From IMG/VR virus record IMGVR_UViG_3300042347_000453: a stretch of DNA of 35,942 nt. The stretch is one strand, 5' to 3'. How positions within the stretch are numbered: the stretch's first letter is position 1; each line of letters opens with the position of its first letter. This document shows positions 8,844 through 18,084 of this stretch, in pieces. The notes beneath the pieces are model-generated. The model was not told the DNA's origin, searched no databases, and saw nothing but the letters and a program-made list of their open reading frames with translations. The translations under genes and the position numbers were made by a program. The stretch comes from a virus.

Positions 8844-10588
8844 AAGAATACAAGGTAAAAGCCCCTGATGGTTCTATTATTCGGATTAAAGGACCGGAAA
8901 ACGCCACTGATGAACAACTGATACAAGCAGCGCAGGCGGCGTATGCACAAAAACCGAAAGCGCCAGAGGTTTATGACCCTACCGAAGGAATGACAACAGC
9001 GCAAAAGTTTTTAGCCGGGACTGGCAAAGCGTTTGTTGATGTTGGCCGTGGTGTTGGGCAAATGATGGGTCTTGTTTCGCGTGAAGATATACAGCGGGCT
9101 AGAGAGCTAGACGCACCATTGATGAGAACAACCGCAGGAACAGTAGGCAATGTTTTGGGTAATGTCGCGGCAATGACCCCGGCAGCATTTATTCCTGGCG
9201 CAAATACGGCTGTAGGCGCAACAACGATAGGCGCATTGTCTGGGTTAGCGCAACCGTCAACCAGTACGGCAGAAACTTTGCAAAATGTTGGCTTTGGGGG
9301 TGCTGCTGGTGCAGCATTACCAGCATTAACGGCCACATACAGAGGTGGTAAATCTTTGATTGAGCCTTTTTACCAAGCAGGGCGAGAAAAAATTATTGGT
9401 AGAGCATTAAGAAGCACCGGAGGCGCACAAGCTGACGAAGCGATGCGCGTTTTTTCTCAAGCAAAGGGAGCAACCAAAGGTGTACAGCCGACCGTAGGCA
9501 TGGCGGCGCAACAAGTGAATTTACCAAGTTATGCAGCGCTTGAACGCGCAACGCAAGCGGTAACGCCAGACGTTACTAATGCGGTGGGCGCTAGAACTGC
9601 CGCGAATCAACAGGCAATGCAGCAAGCACTAGCGGAGGCAACACCTGACATAGGCGCAGCGCGAACGGCAAGAGAGAATATAGCAGGTGCGCTTTATGAA
9701 AAAGCCAGATCGCAGGGAATAGATCAGGCTATGGCGCAAGAATTAGCCCCACAAATACAAAGCCTAACGCAAAGACTGCCTGATGATGTTATAGCACGAG
9801 CCAAAACGCTGGCGCAATTAAGCGGCGCTAATCTTGATGAAACCGGGTCGGTTCAAGGTTTGCATTGGGTTAAAAAAGCGCTTGATGACAAAATAAGCGA
9901 AGCAACAAGAGCGGGAAGCGGAGACCTTGCGCGAGCATACCAAACGCTGCAAACTCAGTTTTTAGATACTTTTGATCAACTTTCGTCAGTTTATGGTGAG
10001 GCACGAAAAAAATACATTGAATTAAGCAAGCCTGTAACACAAGGCGAAATAATGCAAGATATAACCAATCGTGCCACCAACATGCGCGGTGATATTACTT
10101 TAGGTGGACTAACCAGATCAGCGACAGATAGAACAGCAAAGTCATTAACGGGAATGCAACAAGCTACGTTAGCAAGCACGCTAACACCACGACAACAGGC
10201 TACTATTGATGCGTTAAGAAATGATTTGCTTTCTATGGATTTTGCTTCAACGGCTGGACGCGGCGGCGGGTCAGATACAGTGCAAAAACTAGCTTATGCA
10301 AACATGATTCAGCAAGCCGGGATTCCCACGTTTTTGCAAAATTTCGCACCGACACAAATAGTTGGCAATTTGGCTCAACGGGCTTTAGGTTTGGCCTACG
10401 GGGAAGCTAACCAGAAACTTGCTACTGAACTGGCAGAGGCAATGTTAAACCCCCAGCAAGCCGCAGAGTTAATGCGCCAAGCAAAAGGCAACCCACAATT
10501 ACAAAAGGCATTGGCTAATGCTCTGCGATCATCTGCTGTAATGGGAGCGGCGACGCCAGGTGCTATTCAAGCACAAAGAGAGGAATAA
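8840..10588 (+). CDS. Internal virion/ejection-like protein (582 aa)
   Basis: ATGA overlap with the upstream gene. A/Q/G-rich and helical. Function inferred from synteny. Confidence 0.5.
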   Translation: MKEYKVKAPDGSIIRIKGPENATDEQLIQAAQAAYAQKPKAPEVYDPTEGMTTAQKFLAGTGKAFVDVGRGVGQMMGLVSREDIQRARELDAPLMRTTAGTVGNVLGNVAAMTPAAFIPGANTAVGATTIGALSGLAQPSTSTAETLQNVGFGGAAGAALPALTATYRGGKSLIEPFYQAGREKIIGRALRSTGGAQADEAMRVFSQAKGATKGVQPTVGMAAQQVNLPSYAALERATQAVTPDVTNAVGARTAANQQAMQQALAEATPDIGAARTARENIAGALYEKARSQGIDQAMAQELAPQIQSLTQRLPDDVIARAKTLAQLSGANLDETGSVQGLHWVKKALDDKISEATRAGSGDLARAYQTLQTQFLDTFDQLSSVYGEARKKYIELSKPVTQGEIMQDITNRATNMRGDITLGGLTRSATDRTAKSLTGMQQATLASTLTPRQQATIDALRNDLLSMDFASTAGRGGGSDTVQKLAYANMIQQAGIPTFLQNFAPTQIVGNLAQRALGLAYGEANQKLATELAEAMLNPQQAAELMRQAKGNPQLQKALANALRSSAVMGAATPGAIQAQREE

Positions 10589-10591
10589 ACA

Positions 10592-11989
10592 ATGGCACGT
10601 AACGGCAGTGGAACCTATAACCTACTCACAAATAGCTGGAACCCGGCAACTAACGGTGTTTCTGCTACAGCGGTAGACTGGCAAAACCTAATCAATGACG
10701 TAGCTTCTGCACTTACTCAATCTTTAAGTGCAGACGGTCAAACGCCCATGACGGGAAACCTGAACGCTGGCAACAATAAGCTAACCGGACTGGCGGCGGG
10801 GTCTGCGACTGGTGATTCGCTACGATGGGAACAGCTTTTCAGCCAAGGACAGCCTGCTAACTTGGCGAGTGCCGCTACTACGGACATTGGCGCACAAAAT
10901 ACGGTATTACTTAACATTACCGGAACCACGACAATAACGAGTTTCGGGACAAACTACAACGGGCCACGTTACCTTAGATTTGACGGAGTACTGACCCTAA
11001 CCCATAACGCCACTACCCTGATACTACCGGGTGGAGCAAATATAACCACGGCGGCGGGTGATAGTGCAATTGTAGTGCCAAATGGAACGCCTGCTAATGG
11101 GTGGCGAGTAGTGGGTTATCAAAGAAATAGCGGGTCACTTTTTGCTTCTGGCGCTGGACAAACTACCGCAGCCTTAACGGATGCAGGGTTGAGGGGCGCA
11201 ACATTAAGACTTTCTGATACCGGAAACTCAGTTGGAGCTGGCGGCGCTATTTTGTTTGCAAATGCGCAAAGTGATGCAGCCAATTCAGTAGGGTATGCCG
11301 CTATTAAAGGTTTATTAAGTGATGGCGGTAATAATACAAGTGGTGGAATAGCTTTTTCCACACGTAACGCAACAAGCGACATAGCATTAACTACGCGCAT
11401 GACTATGAACCCTGACGGAAGTTTTGGGATTGGTGTTGTTCCAAGTGCTGGGCGTTTGCATGTTAGCCAAGGAACAGGCACGGCAATTTTTGGCACTACT
11501 GGTGGTGCTGGTGGTTATGGTGGAAGTTTTGAAAATACGGACGGCGGTACTACTAAGTTTGTGCGAGCGGCTGGCGCTGGAGGCAATGGCGTTTTTTCTG
11601 CTGGTGTTGGAGCTAATAGTTTTATGTTCTTATCAACAAGCGGGGATAGGACTAGTGTTATACCTGGCGGAACAACTTTACTTCCTGAGTTTCAATGTCG
11701 TGCATGGGTAAACTTTAACGGCACTGGCACTGTGGCAATTCGAGCTAGCGGTAATGTGTCAAGTATTACAGATAACGGAACTGGTAATTACACAGTAAAC
11801 TTTACGACCGCGATGCCTGATGCTAACTATGCTGGGTTTGTTTATGCGCGAGATACGACAACAGTAAATGCTTTGTTAATGTCACGCGCAAATTTTACAC
11901 AAACCACTAGTACATTTCCTTTCAACATAGAAAATACGGGTTTGAGTGGGGTTGATGTAAACCAAGTTTATGTAGTTATTTTTAGGTGA
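10592..11989 (+). CDS. Tail fiber protein
   Basis: The N-terminus GSGTYNL..NSWNPATNGVSATAVDWQNLINDVASALTQSLSADGQTPMTGNLNAGNNKLTGLAAGSATGDSLRWEQL is the widely conserved phage tail-fiber N-terminal anchor motif. The rest is G/T/N/A-rich. Confidence 0.8.
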   Translation: MARNGSGTYNLLTNSWNPATNGVSATAVDWQNLINDVASALTQSLSADGQTPMTGNLNAGNNKLTGLAAGSATGDSLRWEQLFSQGQPANLASAATTDIGAQNTVLLNITGTTTITSFGTNYNGPRYLRFDGVLTLTHNATTLILPGGANITTAAGDSAIVVPNGTPANGWRVVGYQRNSGSLFASGAGQTTAALTDAGLRGATLRLSDTGNSVGAGGAILFANAQSDAANSVGYAAIKGLLSDGGNNTSGGIAFSTRNATSDIALTTRMTMNPDGSFGIGVVPSAGRLHVSQGTGTAIFGTTGGAGGYGGSFENTDGGTTKFVRAAGAGGNGVFSAGVGANSFMFLSTSGDRTSVIPGGTTLLPEFQCRAWVNFNGTGTVAIRASGNVSSITDNGTGNYTVNFTTAMPDANYAGFVYARDTTTVNALLMSRANFTQTTSTFPFNIENTGLSGVDVNQVYVVIFR

Positions 11990-11992
11990 GCT

Positions 11993-12244
11993 ATGAACGT
12001 AATTATCTACAAACAAGACAACAATGTATTGGCAATAGTGCGCCCCACTGAAGAAGCACTTGCTAAGTACGGTATTGAAGCTATTGCACTAAAAGACGTA
12101 CCGGAAGGCAAGCCGTTCAAAATAATTGACGCTGCTGATGTTCCTACAGACCGCACAGACCGCGCTTTTTGGACATGCGACGACGAAGATTTGACGGACG
12201 GAGTTGGAGCTGCGTGGAGTACATTCCCGGAGGTTACGCAATGA
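11993..12244 (+). CDS. Hypothetical protein (83 aa)
   Basis: ATG with ggtgag SD. Tightly packed after the tail fiber gene. Confidence 0.6.
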   Translation: MNVIIYKQDNNVLAIVRPTEEALAKYGIEAIALKDVPEGKPFKIIDAADVPTDRTDRAFWTCDDEDLTDGVGAAWSTFPEVTQ

Positions 12245-12642
12245 GCATTGTAAAAATAGACAGAACTCTTAACCAGCCGCCACTTGCCGAAATTAAAACA
12301 GCAAAGTGGGAAGCCATTAAAGCCGAACGTGAAAGGCGGACATTGTCTGGCGGCTATCAAGCTGGTGGTAAGTGGTTCCACTCTGACATTATCAGTCGTA
12401 ATCAGCAACTCGGCCTCAACGAAATAAACGGCTCGATTCCTCCAGGTATTATGTGGAGCACAATGGACGGGTCATCTATTGAAATGACGTGGGCTTTAGC
12501 GCAACAGATTTTGGCGGCTGCATTACAAAGTGACCGAGCTATATTTGACGCAGCAAGAGCGCACAAAGCAGCTATGGAAGCAAGCGCAGACCCGGCAAAC
12601 TACGACTTTAGTGGCGGTTGGCCGCCGGTGTACGGTGAATAA
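12241..12642 (+). CDS. DUF4376-like protein (tail-fiber-associated)
   Basis: ATGA overlap. AKWEAIKAERERRTLSGGYQAGGKWFHSD...QQ pattern is typical of DUF4376. Confidence 0.5.
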   Translation: MSIVKIDRTLNQPPLAEIKTAKWEAIKAERERRTLSGGYQAGGKWFHSDIISRNQQLGLNEINGSIPPGIMWSTMDGSSIEMTWALAQQILAAALQSDRAIFDAARAHKAAMEASADPANYDFSGGWPPVYGE

Positions 12643-13088
12643 TGAAGATCGCCTTTATCTACGGGAAAAAGCCCAGTAGCACGCTGACCAAGATATTCAC
12701 CGGGTCAAGTTGCTATCACGTCGGCTTTACGAATGAGTTGCATTTCTGGGATATGAACTTGATACGTCGCCGTAGATTATGGTCTATTTACAACAACAAG
12801 AAAACCGTTTTAATCGAAGCGCCCGTTTCTATCACGGCTGAATATCTTGACCACAAACTCGACACTGACGAGGCTAGGTACGGAGTGATTGATTACATAC
12901 TATTTGGCTTGCGGCCTATTTACCACTTATTCGGGAAAAGCACACGGAACGCAAACGGCATTATCTGTTCTGAAATGGTGGCCGATGATTTGAATGCAAA
13001 CGGCTGGCCGTATTCTTTCAAAGAAGTGCCAAGCCCGGCAGATTTAGAATTGGCATTGGGCGGTAAAAAAGATTTGATTGGGAATTGA
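12642..13088 (+). CDS. Permuted papain-fold (NlpC/P60 superfamily, YiiX/C92-like) hydrolase; candidate cell-wall peptidase
   Basis: His-first then Cys order: SSCYHVGF ... NGIICSEMV. It sits at the head of the lysis cassette. Confidence 0.45.
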   Translation: MKIAFIYGKKPSSTLTKIFTGSSCYHVGFTNELHFWDMNLIRRRRLWSIYNNKKTVLIEAPVSITAEYLDHKLDTDEARYGVIDYILFGLRPIYHLFGKSTRNANGIICSEMVADDLNANGWPYSFKEVPSPADLELALGGKKDLIGN

Positions 13089-13089
13089 A

Positions 13090-13371
13090 ATGGAAACAAT
13101 ACAGCCGCCTAGAGTTAATTTGATACGCTACGAGGTGCCGCTAACCTGGTTGATTGGCGGGTGCGGCTGTATCGCGTCGGCCTTATTTTATGCTGGATGG
13201 CAGGCGGCAGACTTAAAAACGCAGTTAGAAAGCGCGGTGAGGTTAGGTAAAGAAGTCATGCAAAAACAGGAAGCCATGAATCAAGATTTGATGAATTTGA
13301 AAGTCAAAGATCAATTGATTGATGCAAAAATTTTGCAGCTCGAGCAACGTGTAGCGAAGGTAGAAAAATGA
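13090..13371 (+). CDS. Type-II membrane coiled-coil protein (i-spanin-like)
   Basis: N-terminal TM segment (LTWLIGGCGCIASALFYAGW) followed by a coiled coil. Located in the lysis cassette. Confidence 0.45.
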   Translation: METIQPPRVNLIRYEVPLTWLIGGCGCIASALFYAGWQAADLKTQLESAVRLGKEVMQKQEAMNQDLMNLKVKDQLIDAKILQLEQRVAKVEK

Positions 13372-13526
13372 CTTATCTAATCAGCTTTTTTATTGTCGCT
13401 GGCGTTATGACACACCCCGTAGTGACTGTTCACGGCTCACAACAAACCTGCGAACTGGCTAAAGCAAAACTGTTAAAAGACATGCCAAAAGAGTACAAGC
13501 TCGTGGCTTCTTGTATAGACAGATGA
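13368..13526 (+). CDS. Small hydrophobic-N-terminus protein (52 aa), no lipobox
   Basis: ATGA overlaps on both sides. MTYLISFFIVAGVMTHP... Below the ORF-track length cutoff, translated by hand. Confidence 0.45.
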   Translation: MTYLISFFIVAGVMTHPVVTVHGSQQTCELAKAKLLKDMPKEYKLVASCIDR

Positions 13527-13948
13527 TAGTCACGCTCAAACGTGGACAGAGTACAGAGCAAGGTACGTTCGGACGTTTGTTGTTTGGCGGCAACACATTG
13601 CACACAATAGAATTGCCGTGGCGGGAAAATCAAAGGCGGGTAAGCTGCATTCCGGTGGGTACATATGAATGCGTTTTAGTCAATAGCCCAAGGTTCGGGC
13701 GAGTTTACGGGGTGAGAAATGTACCGGGCAGAGACCATATTTTAATACATGCGTCGAATTTGGCGGGGGATGTGAATAAGGGATGGGTCACGCAATTACA
13801 CGGCTGCATAGCCCCGTGCGAGAGACTAGGCGCAATCAAGATACCGGACGGACGTATGCAGAGAGCCGGACTTGTTTCACGGCCTGCACTTAGAAAGCTG
13901 ATGGATTGGGCAGGCGGTAAGCCGTTTACTTTGGAGGTTGTATGTTAA
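13523..13948 (+). CDS. DUF5675-like protein with a YkuD-like His...HGC motif; candidate L,D-peptidase endolysin
   Basis: ILIHASNLAGDVNKGWVTQLHGCIAP resembles the H-x(16-19)-GC catalytic motif of the YkuD fold. Located between the spanin-like and holin-like genes. Confidence 0.45.
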   Translation: MIVTLKRGQSTEQGTFGRLLFGGNTLHTIELPWRENQRRVSCIPVGTYECVLVNSPRFGRVYGVRNVPGRDHILIHASNLAGDVNKGWVTQLHGCIAPCERLGAIKIPDGRMQRAGLVSRPALRKLMDWAGGKPFTLEVVC

Positions 13949-14478
13949 GCGCAATTTTAGCGATTTTAGGGTCGAGCACGGTCGGCAGTTTGATTGGTGG
14001 CATATTCGCTTTCCTGAATAAAAAAGCCGACATTGAGATCAGACGACTAGACCAAGCGCACGAGCTAGAACTGAGAAAAGAAGACAGGGAACTAGCCAAA
14101 GTTGAAGCCGAGGGCAAATTACAGGTAGCAGTCGCAGAAGCCGAGGGGAGCATAGAATCAGCCAGAATGACGGCTATCGGACAAGCGCACCAAGCCGATA
14201 ACTTGGACGCTGAGACTGTTAAAAGCGCTGGTAGTTGGGCATGGTTGTTGATATTGACGGACGTTTACCGAAAGTTGATACGGCCTAACCTGACACTTGT
14301 GCTTGTCGGCATGGCGTTATACTTAAACTGGCTATTAATCGATCTCTTAGGCGCTGGCTGGGAAACCCTGAGCAATCAGCAACGGTATGAAGCCGCAATG
14401 CAGGCTTTCGCTTGGATAACCGGGCAGGCTTCGGCGGTGATAGGCTACTGGTTTGTCAGCCGAGGCCAATCGAAGTAG
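13942..14478 (+). CDS. Holin-like membrane protein (3-TM, GTA-holin-like)
   Basis: N-terminal TM, a charged coiled-coil linker and two C-terminal TMs. It is the last gene before the main terminator. Confidence 0.5.
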   Translation: MLSAILAILGSSTVGSLIGGIFAFLNKKADIEIRRLDQAHELELRKEDRELAKVEAEGKLQVAVAEAEGSIESARMTAIGQAHQADNLDAETVKSAGSWAWLLILTDVYRKLIRPNLTLVLVGMALYLNWLLIDLLGAGWETLSNQQRYEAAMQAFAWITGQASAVIGYWFVSRGQSK

Positions 14479-14515
14479 AATTGGTTATCTCCTGGCTGGC
14501 TTGTCCAGCAATTCG

Positions 14516-14541
14516 CCCGGCCTAGTGCCGGGTTTTTTTTT
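14516..14541 (+). terminator. Strong rho-independent terminator ending the late operon
   Basis: cccggc-ctagt-gccggg stem-loop followed by T9. Confidence 0.9.
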
Positions 14542-14556
14542 ACCACAAAAAAGTGC

Positions 14557-14584
14557 TTGCATAGTCTTTGTGAGTGTGTATAAT
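14557..14584 (+). promoter_or_regulatory. Promoter P1 (TTGCAT-16-TATAAT with GTGTG just upstream of -10)
   Basis: ttgcatagtctttgtgagtgtgtataat. First of six near-identical promoters. Confidence 0.75.
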
Positions 14585-14607
14585 ACTAATCATTCACAGG
14601 AGATTAT

Positions 14608-14856
14608 ATGAACCCATACACCGGACACAATGTTGCAGAAGCCACTGGCGAAATGATTTTTTTCGACCAGATGACACCAGAGCGCAAGGCAATAGCCGAG
14701 CGTTTACTTAAAGCAATGAAACAGTACCACAACAACGGCACTGGCGCGGAGAATGTCGCGGCGGCGCTTGAAGCATTAGTTTATGGCTACTGGCAGCCAA
14801 AAATAGAAGCAGAACAAGAGCGCATACACGCATGGAACGGGTGGAATCATGAATAG
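14608..14856 (+). CDS. Hypothetical early protein (82 aa)
   Basis: aggag SD, first gene after P1. Confidence 0.7.
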   Translation: MNPYTGHNVAEATGEMIFFDQMTPERKAIAERLLKAMKQYHNNGTGAENVAAALEALVYGYWQPKIEAEQERIHAWNGWNHE

Positions 14857-15028
14857 CATATTCAAATACGCAGTAATTTTCAAAGACGAGCGCATAGAAA
14901 TTGCTGGCTTCGGCAATTACAGCATAGAAACGCTTGTCTCTGTAATTTTAGATGGCAATGCTGGCACGAGTTACGGTTATTTAACTGACTGCCTGCGCGA
15001 AAGATTAGAAGAGTTGAGGGCGAAATGA
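14849..15028 (+). CDS. Hypothetical early protein (59 aa)
   Basis: Translated by hand (MNSIFKYAVIFKDERIEIAGFGNY...). Fills the gap and has an ATGA overlap with the next gene. Confidence 0.5.
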   Translation: MNSIFKYAVIFKDERIEIAGFGNYSIETLVSVILDGNAGTSYGYLTDCLRERLEELRAK

Positions 15029-15228
15029 TTGAATTCGGAAAATTCAAAGGTAAAACAATAGAAGAGGTGATAGAAATAGAACCTTCATATATTGTTTGGT
15101 TGCACGGCAAAAAGCTAATTGTGATTGATGATGAGACGCTACGCAAAGCAAACAACTCACAACGCGATTACTATTTAGAAAGCATAGCATTTTCGTGTCG
15201 TCACGAAAATGGTGGCGATAGAGATTGA
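15025..15228 (+). CDS. DUF3820-like protein (67 aa)
   Basis: FGKFKGKTIEEVIEIEPSYIVWL matches the FGKYKGKT..DP.Y..WL signature. Confidence 0.55.
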   Translation: MIEFGKFKGKTIEEVIEIEPSYIVWLHGKKLIVIDDETLRKANNSQRDYYLESIAFSCRHENGGDRD

Positions 15229-15237
15229 GAAGATGAA

Positions 15238-15417
15238 ATGAAAGCAAAAGTGTTTTTCCATACAAAAACGGGCGCTATTTCTTGGGGTGGTAAGTCCCTA
15301 GTCGGAAAGTTTGAAGAATGGCGCGAAATGGATTTGACTAATTACGATGACTTGGAGCTATTTGCGCGCTACATTGAACAAAAAACAGCAAGACGCATAC
15401 GAGAGGAAGCAAAATGA
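15238..15417 (+). CDS. Hypothetical early protein (59 aa)
   Basis: Translated by hand (MKAKVFFHTKTGAISWGG...). ATGA overlap with the next ORF. Confidence 0.5.
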   Translation: MKAKVFFHTKTGAISWGGKSLVGKFEEWREMDLTNYDDLELFARYIEQKTARRIREEAK

Positions 15418-15545
15418 TAGGACGTATTGTAATGGAGTGCATATATTGGGGTGTGGGTTTCATAATTTTATTTTTGTTAATGGTCATCACTTTTGGCTTG
15501 TCTTATGAAGAAGTGCAGGCTATTTTTAACTTTTTGGGGGCATAA
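15414..15545 (+). CDS. Small membrane protein (43 aa)
   Basis: Translated by hand. One TM segment (YWGVGFIILFLLMVITFGL). Its stop abuts the next ATG. Confidence 0.4.
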   Translation: MIGRIVMECIYWGVGFIILFLLMVITFGLSYEEVQAIFNFLGA

Positions 15546-15797
15546 ATGAACGGTGAAATTACCCGCATGGCGCTGGAAGCGGGTTTCAGCAAGGATTTCA
15601 GCGGAATTTATTATTCTTGCGGAGGCGCTGCTGCTGACAGCGACCTGACGTCACCGCTTGAACGCTTCGCCGCATTAATTGAATCCAAAGTACGAGCAGA
15701 TGAGCGTGAAGCGTGTGCCGCGCTTTGTAGCGAAGTTGCTGCCGGTAGAGACGCTGAAGCTATTGAGGAAGCCATACTAGCAAGAGGTGAGAAATGA
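15546..15797 (+). CDS. Hypothetical early protein (83 aa)
   Basis: ORF track entry, tight packing. Confidence 0.65.
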   Translation: MNGEITRMALEAGFSKDFSGIYYSCGGAAADSDLTSPLERFAALIESKVRADEREACAALCSEVAAGRDAEAIEEAILARGEK

Positions 15798-16033
15798 CTG
15801 ATATCAAAGAGTTTTTCAAACTGTACTTCCCAGCATCAAAATTTAGACGAGCTTGGCAAAACGGTATTGCTTTTTTTGCACCAGTCGGCGACCAGGCTGA
15901 ACTCGACGCGCTTGAAGCCACCATAGACGACCTAGAAAGACAGCGGAGGATTATTTCGCAACAGCTAACAATTGTGAGATGGGAGCTGCACCGAAAAAAA
16001 TATTTGAAAGGGCAAGTTGATTTAATAGATTAA
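15794..16033 (+). CDS. Hypothetical early protein (79 aa)
   Basis: ATGA overlap with the upstream gene. Confidence 0.65.
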   Translation: MTDIKEFFKLYFPASKFRRAWQNGIAFFAPVGDQAELDALEATIDDLERQRRIISQQLTIVRWELHRKKYLKGQVDLID

Positions 16034-16044
16034 GTGTGTATAAT
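16017..16044 (+). promoter_or_regulatory. Promoter P2 (TTGATT-16-TATAAT, GTGTG context)
   Basis: ttgatttaatagattaagtgtgtataat. Confidence 0.7.
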
Positions 16045-16066
16045 TATAGTTTTACAGGAGAATGAA

Positions 16067-16348
16067 ATGTTTAGTAATAAAGAAATAGCTGAATTAAAAG
16101 AACAGTTAGCTTACTTAAAAGAACGGTTAGATGCACTAGAAAGTAACTTATCTATATATCCAACAAAAAATATTGCTTCTTATTTGCCAAACCAAGTACC
16201 CATAAATCAAGTGGTAAAAGAAATAGTAAACCATTTGGAACTGGATATTCTAGCCATAAAGCCTACATATAAAAAAGTTGAGTTAAAGGCCAAACAGGTT
16301 CTGCCTACCATTTCTACAGGAGAAATCAAGTGGAATGGAGGCCTATAA
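16067..16348 (+). CDS. Hypothetical coiled-coil protein (93 aa)
   Basis: ATG at 16067 after acaggagaatgaa. The track's GTG start at 16034 lies inside the P2 -10 region. Confidence 0.65.
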   Translation: MFSNKEIAELKEQLAYLKERLDALESNLSIYPTKNIASYLPNQVPINQVVKEIVNHLELDILAIKPTYKKVELKAKQVLPTISTGEIKWNGGL

Positions 16349-16560
16349 AAACAGCACCTAAAGATGGTACATGGGTTCTTTTGAAAGGTGGGAATACCCA
16401 AGAATCTTGTTCTTATGAAAAAATTGACGGAGACGACCGCCCCGTTGTCGCCAAGTTTATGACCGATTATTGGGATGGGTACTGGACTTATGCATATTGG
16501 GATTCTGGCTGGAGTTCAACCTACGAAAACCCTACCAATTGGATGCCACTACCTAAATAA
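16330..16560 (+). CDS. DUF551-like protein (76 aa)
   Basis: GTG start after aggaga. WRPIKTAPKDGTWVLL signature. Confidence 0.65.
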   Translation: MEWRPIKTAPKDGTWVLLKGGNTQESCSYEKIDGDDRPVVAKFMTDYWDGYWTYAYWDSGWSSTYENPTNWMPLPK

Positions 16561-16569
16561 GGAGGATTT

Positions 16570-17316
16570 ATGAGCCAACAGGAATTTTACGAAACAGTAC
16601 AACGTGAAGAGGAGTATTTAATGAAAGCATCAGCCGCATTTGTACGCGCCCAGGCAGGATTCGGCGCAGCACTGAAAACCAGCACTAACCCGCATTTCCG
16701 CAGCCGATACGCTGATTTAAGCGCTTGCGTCGAAGCTGTAATCGACAGTCTGCACAAAAACGGCTTTGCCCTGATGCAAAAAACCCACGAGTGTGAATCT
16801 GGCGTGGCGGTGGAAACAATACTGATGCACGAAAGCGGTGAGCAGATCAGCGGCGGGATTTTGCGCGTACCAACAAGCAAGCAAGACCCGCAAGGGTACG
16901 GCTCGGCTTTAACGTATGCGCGACGTTATAGTTTGATGGCAGTGTGTGGCATTGCGCCAGAAGATGACGATGGTAACGCAACAAGCAAGCCAAAACCCGC
17001 TGAAAAAAAAATGCAAATACCCGCTAACGTAGGTGGTATGGACTATTTTGACAAGTGTAACGAACAGGAACGCGCCCTAATTCTTGACTTTTCGATGGAA
17101 ATTGAAGGCGCTGATGACCAAGGCGCATTCGACGCATACACCAAGGCTATACAAACCTTAGACATTGATCAAAAGGCCGCGCTATGGTCAAAAGTAAGCA
17201 GTCAAAAACGAACGGCCATTAAAAAGATTGGCCAAGCTAAGAATGCAGAAAAAAATACATGGACTGATGTTGCACAGTGCGGCGGCATACTAATGGCGAC
17301 GGAGATTGTTCCATGA
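16570..17316 (+). CDS. erf: ERF-family single-strand annealing protein
   Basis: FRSRYADLSACVEAV and GYGSALTYARRYSLMAVCGIAPEDDDGN motifs. ggagg SD. Confidence 0.85.
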   Translation: MSQQEFYETVQREEEYLMKASAAFVRAQAGFGAALKTSTNPHFRSRYADLSACVEAVIDSLHKNGFALMQKTHECESGVAVETILMHESGEQISGGILRVPTSKQDPQGYGSALTYARRYSLMAVCGIAPEDDDGNATSKPKPAEKKMQIPANVGGMDYFDKCNEQERALILDFSMEIEGADDQGAFDAYTKAIQTLDIDQKAALWSKVSSQKRTAIKKIGQAKNAEKNTWTDVAQCGGILMATEIVP

Positions 17317-17498
17317 ATGACGAATTTCAAAAAGTCGTAATTGACCCGCTTTTGCAACAGGAAAAGGAAATAGGTGACGATATTAAAAACTATCGACTAT
17401 GCCCGATTTGCCTAGAGTACGTGCGTCGTGATGAGTATGTGTCTCACACAAAAAAAGTTCATGGCTACGACATTATTGATATAACAGAAAGCAAATAA
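17313..17498 (+). CDS. Small zinc-finger protein (61 aa)
   Basis: ATGA overlap with erf. CPICLEYVRRDEYVSHTKKVH (C2H2-like). Confidence 0.6.
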   Translation: MNDEFQKVVIDPLLQQEKEIGDDIKNYRLCPICLEYVRRDEYVSHTKKVHGYDIIDITESK

Positions 17499-17864
17499 AT
17501 GATGTTTCGTTTAGTCCACCAGGCTGCACGAGAAAACGCCATTCAAGCTATCAGGCAAGCGCCAGATGGTTGGGTGGTGAAAGTGACGGAACCGACCCGC
17601 AACCTTGAACAAAATGCGCTTTTACACGCTGAATTGCAGGAGCTTGTAGGGCGTAAGTGGTGCGGCATGACATTAGACGTGGAGCAATGGAAGCGCCTAA
17701 TGACAAGTGCATGGTTACGCGCTACAGGCGGCGGCGCAGTGTATGTCCAAGCCGTGGATGGTCAGGGAATGGACGTGCTTTATAAACGCACCAGCACCAT
17801 GAGCAAGGCAGAAATGTCAGAATTGATTGAGTATATAAAGGCATGGAAGGCTGAAAATGAATGA
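17499..17864 (+). CDS. ninB: NinB/Orf-family recombination mediator
   Basis: TRNLEQNALLHAELQEL...WKRLMTSAW...MSKAEMSELIEYI follows the NinB pattern. Confidence 0.7.
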   Translation: MMFRLVHQAARENAIQAIRQAPDGWVVKVTEPTRNLEQNALLHAELQELVGRKWCGMTLDVEQWKRLMTSAWLRATGGGAVYVQAVDGQGMDVLYKRTSTMSKAEMSELIEYIKAWKAENE

Positions 17865-18084
17865 TTTTGAGCTTGTAAATTTGCCTAGCGGTGATATTTG
17901 GGCGCATAAAACCATTCCTTATTGGATACGACCAAATGAATTTGACGGGTTTTATAGATGCTTTCTTTCTTGCGTAAAAGTTCCAAAAAACAAAAAGCCG
18001 TGGTCAGTTGATAACAAACTTGTCGGCAAATATACAACACTAGACGAGGCAATGAGCAATGTACCGCAACCGCAAACTACTTGA
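17857..18084 (+). CDS. Hypothetical protein (75 aa)
   Basis: ORF track entry, overlaps the ninB stop. Confidence 0.6.
   Translation: MNDFELVNLPSGDIWAHKTIPYWIRPNEFDGFYRCFLSCVKVPKNKKPWSVDNKLVGKYTTLDEAMSNVPQPQTT

Noticed and set aside
4539-11496. Long minus-strand ORFs inside structural genes (e.g. 4539..4997, 6737..7057, 8971..9336, 11119..11496)
   Set aside because: Each lies fully inside a longer plus-strand gene with coherent synteny. Compositions are typical of antisense frames (P/A/V/T/C-rich) and no starts or SDs are present.
10592-11989. Diversity-generating retroelement targeting the tail fiber
   Set aside because: There is no reverse transcriptase ORF anywhere, and I could not find a second template-repeat-like copy of the fiber 3' end.
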